Positions 1 to 7,919 of a DNA stretch of 8,403 bases are shown piece by piece. The DNA is from Octopus sinensis. Taxonomy: Eukaryota. The notes under the pieces were generated by a model. That model had not been told where the DNA came from. It did not search any database and was given only the letters and a program-made list of their open reading frames with translations. How positions within the stretch are numbered: position 1 is the first letter of the stretch; each line of letters opens with the position of its first letter. The stretch is from assembly GCF_006345805.1 (NCBI RefSeq), contig NW_021828530.1, positions 1 to 8,403 on the forward strand. Reading direction: 5' to 3'. Position numbers and translations under genes: made by a program.

Positions 1-71
1 AGAGCGACGGATGCAGGGGACTATACAAAGATGGACAGATGTGGTGTTTTACACAGAATCGAATAATTAAG

Positions 72-72
<1 letters not shown>

Positions 73-108
<36 letters not shown>

Positions 109-300
109 GCAATAGTAATGACAATAATAATAACAACAGCAACAACAACAATAATAATGACAATGGTAATGACAACAAGAAGAATATAAGAATAATAACA
201 TTGATAATAATAGCAACAACAACAGCAATAATAATAATAATAATAAAATAATAATAATAATAATAATGATAATAATCGTGGTGATGGTTATGATGGTGAT
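73..300. repeat. Imperfect (AAT)n trinucleotide microsatellite with AAC/GAC/GAT variants, ending in a short GGT/GAT tract
   Basis: Directly visible. It explains the poly-N/poly-I ORF 39..251. Confidence 0.95.
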
Positions 301-722
301 TGAAATGGTGAGAATGTGAAAGTTGTGCTCTCTTTCAAAATATGGATAGAACCATAAGAATGAAATAAAAGCAATTCAAGGTACATAAGACAAATTCTGT
401 TGCAGCTTCTCAAAGAAAATGTTCTGCAGTAGATTTAGAAAATGGCAATGCAAAGATTCCATAAAAGTTTATTATAGAGATGGACCACCAGCTGGCACGC
501 AATAAGTCAGTTATAATTCTCCACGATAAAACGACGTGAACCAGTTAATAGATGTGTTCTGTGAAAGTGAGTAGTTTGAATTTTGTGCTGAAGTCAGCTG
601 AAAAGCTAAAGAATTGCACTGATTCTGCTATTGAAACTGAAGACGAAGCAACAAGGAAAGCCATTTCTGCGTCATTCTATTTGTAATTTGCTATAAATGG
701 AATCGTATCCAACAGACGTAAA

Positions 723-857
723 GCATGGCCTAGCCTGGTCTCGCTCGGCCTGGACTGGCATGGCCTAGCGTGGCCTGGCCTGGCCTGGTCTGGTCTGTCA
801 TGGCTTGGCTTGGCTTGTCCTGACCTGGTCTGGACTAGTCTGGTCTAGCCTGGACGA
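723..857. repeat. Degenerate GC-rich pentanucleotide tandem array, consensus about GCCTG, 27 units
   Basis: Parses without indels as GCATG GCCTA GCCTG GTCTC GCTCG GCCTG GACTG ... GTCTA GCCTG GACGA (27 x 5 = 135 bp). Confidence 0.9.
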
Positions 858-1252
858 GTGTTTGTGGTTAAGGATCTTGCTTTGGCAATCATGAGATCAC
901 GGTTTCGATCTCGCTACGCATCGTCACATGTCAGAAAAGCGACTTATACTATCATATCTTTCGTACACACATGCTTTGTGAGTGAAAATGAGCTGACGGA
1001 AACTGTGCGGAAGCTCATCATTTTGATTGAACCGGGAATTCGAGGATCCAGTCTGCACTTCGAAAATCTAGCCTTGTCAGATATTGTACTGCACTGATTT
1101 TTTTTCTTTTACTGCCTGAGAATTACATTAAACTGTACACGTGTTTGCGGAATACACAGCCACATACATCTTAATGCACCAAACTAGACGTTAAGTTTAT
1201 AGAGCAAGTAGCATATTGATCGACGAAACTGATGGAGGCCTCAGGATGGTGC
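858..1252 (+). mobile_element. Old, degenerate tRNA-derived SINE (copy F): head/body like the 7665-8207 element, followed by a decayed tail P
   Basis: 858-1022 aligns by eye to 7672-7830 (tgtggtt...aatcat...ggtttcgatc...tactat...ttgtgagtg...gacggaaactg...gaag). About 1057-1252 aligns to the reverse complement of the tail at 6239-6413 (gccttgtca...ctgagaattacattaa...gtacacgtgtttgcggaatacacagccac...ttgatcg). Confidence 0.55.
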
Positions 1253-1271
1253 ATACATACATATATATATC

Positions 1272-1303
<32 letters not shown>

Positions 1304-1309
1304 CTATAT
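1253..1309. repeat. (TA)n microsatellite between two tail-to-tail SINEs
   Basis: Directly visible. Confidence 0.95.
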
Positions 1310-1310
1310 C

Positions 1311-1605
1311 ATTCAATCACCGTGATCACCGTGAACGACCAGGCAATCAGATGTTGTTACACATCGCGGGTCACAATGCGTTTCGCATTATTTTTAGCCT
1401 TCAAATGACTCCACCCCGCTGGCTAAGCGAGCAGGCCAACAGAAGAAAGAGTGAGAGAAAGTTGCGGCGAAAGAGTACAGCAGGGATCGCCACCATTCCC
1501 TGCCGGAGCCTCGTGGAACTTTAGGTGTTTTCGGTCAATAAACACTCACAACGCAATCCTACAACCGCGAGTCCGCTGCCCTAACCACTGGGCCATTGCG
1601 CCTCC
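1311..1605 (-). mobile_element. tRNA-derived SINE (copy C): head 1 + body X + tail Q ending in (CACGGTGAT)x2; B-box deleted
   Basis: 1453-1605 is about 90% identical by eye to 6441-6614. The A-box TGGCCCAGTGG is on the minus strand. It lacks 22 bp present in the 6236-6614 copy. Tandem atcaccgtg at 1316-1333. Flanked on both sides by (TA)n. Confidence 0.85.
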
Positions 1606-1644
<39 letters not shown>

Positions 1645-1657
1645 TATATATATTATA
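1606..1657. repeat. (TA)n microsatellite
   Basis: Directly visible. Confidence 0.95.
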
Positions 1658-1659
1658 TG

Positions 1660-1915
1660 ATGGACTCTCCCGTCGTTAGACGACGTTTGAGGGGTCGACA
1701 ATTTCTTACCGAACAACCGCACAGAGGATTTGTTTATAGTGATCAAATGTTTTATGTAAACATAAGCTCACTCCTTCCATCAAATCTACATTACCTGTAC
1801 AGGTGCAACGGGTGCCCCTTGTCACATGACGAAATCATCGCAGAGCAACGGGAAATGAAATGTTTTGCTTAAGAACACAACGCAACGTGAGTGCAACACC
1901 TTAACCACTGAACTA
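1660..1915 (-). mobile_element. tRNA-derived SINE (copy D): partial head, CORE-like body, tail R
   Basis: 1844-1884 matches 6058-6098 at 34/41. Head remnant caccttaaccact near 1897-1909 resembles ccctaaccact in the other heads. The 3' end has a cgtcgt-tag-acgacg stem-loop like copy B. The minus-strand GTGTTCTTAAGCAAAACATT resembles the CORE-SINE motif from memory. Confidence 0.7.
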
Positions 1916-2446
1916 TTGACAGAGCGCAACAAGGCAGAATTTCATCTTCTAAAGTTCTTACTAACCGCTGCTGGGTCGATTTTCACCTGTCACTGTTTTA
2001 GGCAATGTTATGGCGCCTGAAATTCTGCTTAAATTCAAACACTAAAACGCACTTAAATGAACGTATACCTACACGTCTGTAGATGCGAACCAGATCCTTT
2101 AACTCTACAAACACTATGCTCCATATGACTTACTATGGAGTATTATCACCGAAGCTTTACCGTGATATGGTAACCGCAAGCTTGTAATTCTTGTATGACT
2201 GAAAATATTCATATCTTATTCGCTCGTGAAATCGCGATTTGTACAAGAGAAAGTAGTGTTGCAACTCGTGCATTCATGAGGCCGTACAATGGAAACGACT
2301 ATCAGTAACTAAGACAGGACGAGGAAATGCAGGAGTAGGAAAATATATATATAGTGAAGACAATAAGTATGCAAGAACGGTGATAACTAAAGTGTTTAAA
2401 AGGTTAGATTAAGTCCCTTGGAATAGAGAAGGAAAAGAAGTGAGAA

Positions 2447-2660
2447 TATGCATGTATATACTCTACACTCACACATAAACACATGTGCAAGGCTGTACAT
2501 GAACACATACGCATACACACACATATATATATATATTCACATGTACGTACCATACTCACATACATACACGTATATGCACATGCTCACACAGTAGTGTACA
2601 TATATATATATATGCAAGCACCTATATCGAAGTATATATAACCAATGTGTCCATGTATGC
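2447..2660. repeat. Degenerate alternating purine-pyrimidine (CA/TA/TG) low-complexity tract
   Basis: Visible patchwork of cacaca, tatata and catgta units. Confidence 0.7.
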
Positions 2661-3351
2661 ATAGCTTTGAGAAGTTACTGGTGTAGGAAAGGGAGGTTGG
2701 GACATAAAGGAGAAAAAGTTTCGTGATAAAATACTGGATGAAAGAAATGTTATCAGGCTAATGTTATGGTGGTAGAAATTTCCAGTTTAATAGGATAAAC
2801 TTATCAGCGTGGGAACAGTTTCTAAAATCACGTTTCTACATTTTAGACAATTCGCCGAATTCCCTAATTGAATAACCTATGTATTCGTTCCGTTGTAGAA
2901 AGCCCTAATTTTTGATCTGTTGCTATACGGTTGTTATCTTTACACGACCCGGTGTCTGTGATATAATCAATAGCCTGAAACCAAACATGCTTAGCGTCTA
3001 TGTTAGAGTTCCTCTTTCCGACCGGTCTGAAAACATTTTGAATTTACCTTCAAATCCAAAGTAATTTTGCTTCATCAGTGTTTGCATTGGTTTGTTTAAA
3101 ACGAAAAGCAGAATCGATTTTACGCTGCACGCTTCACCTAAAAGACAAGTGTTCACATTTCTGATCGCGCAGCATGGATTGTCGTGATTAATAAGCTTCC
3201 ATGTGAAGAGCGCCTTTACGCTGGCACCAGAACTGTGTCTGATTTTCATGGAACGTCTACTGAAAATATTCTTATATGTCTACATAGTTAGAAAGTACAT
3301 ATTAATGCCAGATATTCCGGTACTTTTGGCATATATTTATACCTCAATCTT

Positions 3352-3361
3352 ACATACACAA

Positions 3362-3399
<38 letters not shown>

Positions 3400-3557
3400 G
3401 TACATACTTATATATACACTAATATTTATACATATATACGCACATATATAGCAATATATTCATACATCTATACATAGGCATATATATATACATATATATA
3501 TATATATTCATGCATGTATATACACACATATACATAGATATGTATATACACAGATTA

Positions 3558-3614
<57 letters not shown>

Positions 3615-3736
3615 AACACACACACACCCACACACACACAAACATTCAAAGGGATGTCATATTGTGTGGAGGAGGAGAAAACACGTCTCAGACAATCATA
3701 GAAAAATGTAAATAACATCAAGATGATGATGATCAT

Positions 3737-3770
<34 letters not shown>

Positions 3771-3845
3771 ACATACATACACACACAGATTAATAAAGCC
3801 ATGCAGACATTATTATACACAAATACATTTATACACGCACATACA
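3352..3845. repeat. Compound microsatellite region: (TA)n, (CATA)n, (TC)n, (CA)n, (GAT)n
   Basis: Directly visible. It explains the YI-rich ORFs at 3203-3820. Confidence 0.9.
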
Positions 3846-4014
3846 CATTGTAGGCTTATTTAAAGAGGTGCCATGGACAATTTACCAATTTTCAGTTCAT
3901 TGATTCATGAGATAATCTTTTACTTCAGGTTTGGTTTATTTGATTTCTGCAGACTGATGGTACATCCGTAACAATAATGATATTATTTCCTATTGATATA
4001 CCCATTGATATATG

Positions 4015-4015
<1 letters not shown>

Positions 4016-4067
<52 letters not shown>

Positions 4068-4147
4068 GTATCTATCTATGTATGTATGTATGTATGTAGG
4101 TATGTATGTATGTATGTATGTATGTATGTATGTATGTATGTATGTTG

Positions 4148-4199
<52 letters not shown>

Positions 4200-4219
4200 G
4201 AGAGAAAGAGAGAGGGAGA
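4016..4219. repeat. Compound microsatellite (TATC)n-(TATG)n-(TA)n-(GA)n
   Basis: Directly visible, with near-perfect blocks. Confidence 0.97.
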
Positions 4220-4284
4220 TGTACGTATGTTATACATACATACATAAATGAACAGAATGACATACACAGACAGAAGTAACTATC

Positions 4285-4287
<3 letters not shown>

Positions 4288-4318
<31 letters not shown>

Positions 4319-4354
4319 TGCATACATACATGCATATATATATATATATACATC

Positions 4355-4452
<98 letters not shown>

Positions 4453-4515
4453 AAGAGACAGAGGTGTATGTGTATACATACAGGTGTACAGACATCTCTA
4501 TGTACACACACATAT
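4288..4515. repeat. Compound microsatellite (TA)n/(CATA)n-(GATA)n-(GA)n
   Basis: Directly visible. Confidence 0.95.
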
Positions 4516-4994
4516 TAATGTCTGTCTTTATATTCAGTTAAAACATAAACAGTTTTACATTAATCTGGTAGTTTAGTCTATACGTTTGTAGAATATAAAT
4601 TTATTCTTAAACAAAAATACTATTCACAGCGACTTCGAAGTTTCGTCTAGATAAACCATCCTCGGATTGCGATGCATTAAAGTTAATCTTGGCTTTACAT
4701 GTTCTCTGTTGATTTTAAATCTTTCCTGGATGGAGTGATAATTAGGTTGCAGTCTGGGTTGTGATGGAGAGGTGTATTGGAGAAATTTTTATCTATATAA
4801 TTTTGCTCGAGTCAATATTATGCTTTCTGGGTTTCTCCTGTAGGTACAGCTGATCTCCAGATATGTTGTGACTGGAAACTCAGAGTAGCAAGAAGATGAC
4901 TCGATCGAAATAAAATATCATTAATCTCTCCTTGGTATTGAGTACTCTGTTTTCGATGGTTGATACTAAACGGATATATATATGTATCTATGCT

Positions 4995-5332
4995 AAACGG
5001 CACTGCATAGGAGCAAGGATCCTATCGTTTCCGTCTAGTATAAGAACCCAGTACTGTAACAGCCAGGGTTTCAAGAGTCAACAGCTCTTCAGCATTCTGC
5101 AAAGCCATCTCGGAGACTTGCGAGGTGTGGATGTGGAGGTCTTCAAAGAGCGACTGGACAAATTCGTATCTGAGATGTCAGATGAACCAACATCGCGACA
5201 ATAGGCACGAAGAAGAACAGCCTCGTGCAACTCGCGACTTCATCAGAAGAAACATACAGAAAAGAAACCCGATCGCACTGGAAGGCGGTGTTCCAGCATG
5301 ATCTCAACGTCAGCTGAAACCAGTAGAAGGTA

Positions 5333-5333
<1 letters not shown>
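4995..5333 (+). mobile_element. 5'-truncated non-LTR retrotransposon 3' end (ORF2 C-terminus plus 3' UTR), CR1/L2-group-like, inactive
   Basis: The frame of ORF 4932..5204 reads KRHCIGARILSFPSSIRTQYCNSQGFKSQQLFSILQSHLGDLRGVDVEVFKERLDKFVSEMSDEPTSRQ*ARRRTASCNSRLHQ. This resembles the R.C...NS...GP.LFN.LP..LR......FK..LD.FL..PD.P......SNSL..Q pattern I recall for ORF2 C-termini of this group. It has an in-frame TAG at 5202-5204 and runs into (TA)n. The exact clade is not determinable by eye. Confidence 0.8.
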
Positions 5334-5365
<32 letters not shown>

Positions 5366-5380
5366 TATATATATATATAT
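5334..5380. repeat. (TA)n microsatellite at the LINE 3' end
   Basis: Directly visible. A second (TA)n lies at about 5446-5483. Confidence 0.95.
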
Positions 5381-5483
5381 TTTAATCTAAACAGAAAACA
5401 CAACAACGCGAGACGGGAACAAGTATAGTTTTTATTGACGCTCACATATTATATATATATATATATATCTATATATGTATGTA

Positions 5484-5820
5484 TGCTATTTTGATGGCCT
5501 ATAAGACACATTTTTTAAACCCCAAAATGGCTTTAAAAATCCCCCTGTGTCCAATGCACACAATGTAGGCTCAAAACCTCACTCAAAACGGTATGTTTAC
5601 AAAACGTGTGCTGCCATCTATTGGTGAACAATCGCCAACGGTATGTTTATATTGAATGTGGATGTAATAAATTGATTATAATTACCGGTAATAACATAAA
5701 GTCATACAGGTAAGTGGAGGAATTAAAACATTATTTTAGTGGTAATTTATTTTACAAAAGTATAGCCTAGGCTAGAGTGCGTCCTCTGCACTTGTGCGTC
5801 TTATAGGCCATTAAATACGG
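5484..5820. mobile_element. Non-autonomous Tc1/mariner-superfamily DNA transposon (MITE), Tc2/pogo-like termini
   Basis: Inverted repeats atggcctataagacaca (5494-5510) and tgcgtcttataggccat (5795-5811) match 16/17. The right end reads ...aaatacgg|ta (TA at 5821-5822). The left end is decayed (ta|tgctatttt, TA at 5482-5483). CCGTATTT...TAAGACGCAC termini are typical of Tc2-type elements from memory. No transposase ORF. Confidence 0.85.
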
Positions 5821-5847
5821 TATGTACAGATACACACACAAACATAT

Positions 5848-6169
5848 GGCACCCTGTCGATTACGACGACAAGCGATTCCCGTTGATCCATCAACGGAAC
5901 AGCCTGCACGTGAAACCAACGTGCAAGTGGCTGTGTATTCCACAGACACTCGTACCCTTAACGAAGTTCTCAGGGGGGATTCAGCGTGACACAGAATGTG
6001 AGAAGGTTGGCCCTTTGAAATAAAGTTACTACTTATTTTTACCAGTTGACTGGACTGGAGCAACGAGAAATAAAATGTCTTGCCCAAGGACACCACGCGT
6101 CGCCGAGAATTGAACTCACTACCTTACGATCGAGAGCCGACTACCCTAACCACTAAGCCACCTTCCTTC
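5848..6169 (-). mobile_element. tRNA-derived SINE (copy A): head 2 + CORE-like body + tail P
   Basis: The minus strand reads GTGGCTTAGTGGTTAGGG (A-box) ... GAGTTCAATTCTC (B-box-like), then GTGTCCTTGGGCAAGACATT (CORE-like). Tail 5849-6022 is roughly 85% identical to 6239-6413. Possible TSD acacaaacatat (5836-5847) / acacatacatat (6172-6183), 11/12 but low complexity. Confidence 0.88.
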
Positions 6170-6235
6170 ATACACATACATATACATAGATATAAATGGG
6201 AGTCAACACCAAAATGTAGGGAAGTACAAGCGAGT

Positions 6236-6614
6236 GGAAGCACTCCGTCGGTTACGACGATGAGGATTCCGGTTGATCCGAATCAGCGGAACAGCCTGCT
6301 CGTGAAATTAACGTGTAAGTGGCTGAGCACTCCACAGACACGTGTACCCTTAACGTAGTTCTCGGGGATATTCAGCGTGACACAGAGAGTGACAAGGCCG
6401 GCCCTTTGAAATACAGGTACAACAGAAACAGGAAGTAAGAGAGAGAAAGTTGTGGTGAAAGAGTACAGCAGGGATCACCACCATCCCTGTCGGAGCCTCG
6501 TGGAGCTTTAGGTGTTTTCGCTCAATAAACACTCACAACGCCCGGTCTGGGAATCGAAATCGCGATCCTATGACCGCGAGTCCGCTGCCCTAACCACTGG
6601 GCCATTGCGCCTCC
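6236..6614 (-). mobile_element. Full-length tRNA-derived SINE (copy B): head 1 + body X + tail P, with 10-bp TSD
   Basis: The minus strand begins GGAGGCGCAATGGCCCAGTGGTTAGGG (A-box) with a B-box-like ATTTCGATTCC. Perfect direct repeat acaagcgagt at 6226-6235 and 6615-6624. Confidence 0.93.
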
Positions 6615-7470
6615 ACAAGCGAGTACTAAATACTAAACTATGCTTTCCTAATCTAATGGAAAATAAAGCTCAGAAATTGTTACTCCGAGTTTTCTGTTAC
6701 TCTTTTTGGTGCGATTTACAATAAAAGACATGATATTCGATGTATAATTAAAATACATCTGCTGCTTGGTAATTTTGGAATAAAGGAGGCTTATTGGTTG
6801 ACAATATAACAGCTGTTTGAAAAATTCAAAGAGAAGACTTTGACACGAAGAGTAGAAAAGATAAAATTATACTCTAATAGTATGTGTGTATTGGAAAAGT
6901 AATCTCTTATCGCATAATCTAGCCTATTGTTTAAACGCACGAATGCACATCGCCAGAGACTTCTTAAATTTAATCTCTTTTTATTTTCGGTGCTTTACAG
7001 ATATTATAATATTACTAGTAGAAATTCGATGAGAGCAAGCTATTCTTGTAAAAATTCTGCAAGCTCAGTTAACCATTTCAATTAGAAAAAATAAAATAAC
7101 TCCAACAACAATATCGTTTCTATTCCCACATGTGCATCCATTGACAGAAATAAATGTGTTCATAAATGTAATTGTCTTTCGAAAGTTCCAATGTATTGCG
7201 CCAAAGTTCAATGAGTCACCAACATTGTACCGTCAACTTACAATGGATTGACTGAGAATTGTTTTAAAGGTCGCTTTTATCAACTTATATATTCAGGACA
7301 CATAATAAAAGATTATCAACGGACCTTTCCAAGCACAATGGTTGTTAAAAGGGAAACTTGCACGAATATTTGAATAGTCAATTCTTGGCCACGGTATATG
7401 TTCATGTCAGTTTCTTTCAAATTCAAGCATTAAACACTGCTTAAACGAAAAATTATTCGCCTTATTTCAG

Positions 7471-7490
7471 ATTGCCATTTGCATGAAAAC
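7471..7490 (+). other. Candidate 20-nt microexon
   Basis: ttattcgccttatttcag|ATTGCCATTTGCATGAAAAC|gtaagt: pyrimidine-rich acceptor and consensus GTAAGT donor in non-repeat DNA. Motif evidence only. Confidence 0.3.
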
Positions 7491-7664
7491 GTAAGTGTAA
7501 GGTGGATGTTGGCACACTTCGTGTAGTACACGAAAGGATTATAGTTAAGAAAAATTGCAGCTTCAGTGATGAAAGTGACAATTTTTAAAATCACACTTTC
7601 CCGTAAAAATCAGGGGAGATCATTCAGAAATTTTTATTAACCAAAATTTATTATTAAATATAAG

Positions 7665-7828
7665 TGTAGTTGTGGCTGTGTGGTCAGAAATTTTCTTCCC
7701 AACCATATGGTTCCAGGTTCAGTCCCATACTGTGTTGAACTTTGGGCAAAAGCTTTCTACTATAGCTTTGGGCCGGCCAAAGACTTGTGGGAGTGGATTT
7801 TGTAGGCAGAAACTGAAAGAATTCCGTC

Positions 7829-7919
<91 letters not shown>

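Noticed and set aside
1-72. Possible 3' end of a retroelement running into the (TAA)n tail
   Set aside because: Truncated by the window edge, with no recognisable motif in any frame.
480-539. Peptide MDHQLARNKSVIILHDKTT* faintly like the Tc1/mariner/pogo second-Asp motif (ILLHDNA)
   Set aside because: Too short, no flanking motifs or TIRs seen. A tBLASTn/HMM search against DDE families would be needed.
723-857. Regular repeats as a possible CRISPR-like array
   Set aside because: There is no repeat-spacer structure and no cas genes, and the context is eukaryotic.
2116-2143. Small hairpin atgctccata-tgacttac-tatggagtat (and imperfect palindrome at 8362-8384)
   Set aside because: Short stems are expected by chance in AT-rich DNA, and there is no supporting context.
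39-4513. Many ORFs rich in N, I, YI, LS, VC or HT dipeptides (39..251 and most from 3203 to 4513, also 7672..8045)
   Set aside because: They are translations of stop-free microsatellites, not proteins.
5385-5445. Short segment between (TA)n tracts possibly from another repeat (Penelope-like end)
   Set aside because: Based only on vague recollection. It is about 60 bp with no second copy in the window.
1057-6413. Inverted SINE tails (F versus A/B) as an A-to-I editing dsRNA substrate
   Set aside because: Copy F is heavily diverged and about 4.6 kb away, so stable pairing is doubtful. The close, similar copies are all in the same orientation.
5849-6420. Two direct repeats of about 175 bp resembling LTRs or a tandem duplication
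   Set aside because: Each is the tail of a separate SINE with a different body, and B has its own TSD. There are no TG...CA ends or primer-binding site.
6540-6614. tRNA-like sequences with A- and B-boxes (also 6095-6165 and 7670-7725)
   Set aside because: They are SINE heads continuing into SINE bodies. I could not fold a complete cloverleaf with a paired acceptor stem.
5767-6724. ORFs 5767..6096, 6080..6358, 6350..6532, 6512..6724, and likewise 858..1097, 1216..1524, 1451..1660, 1657..1872
   Set aside because: They lie over SINE copies, show no protein-like features, and homologous copies do not preserve the frames.
7230-7262. Minus-strand ag|TCAATCCATT|gtaagt 10-nt microexon-like pattern
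   Set aside because: Weak pyrimidine tract. It shows that such motif pairs can arise by chance here.
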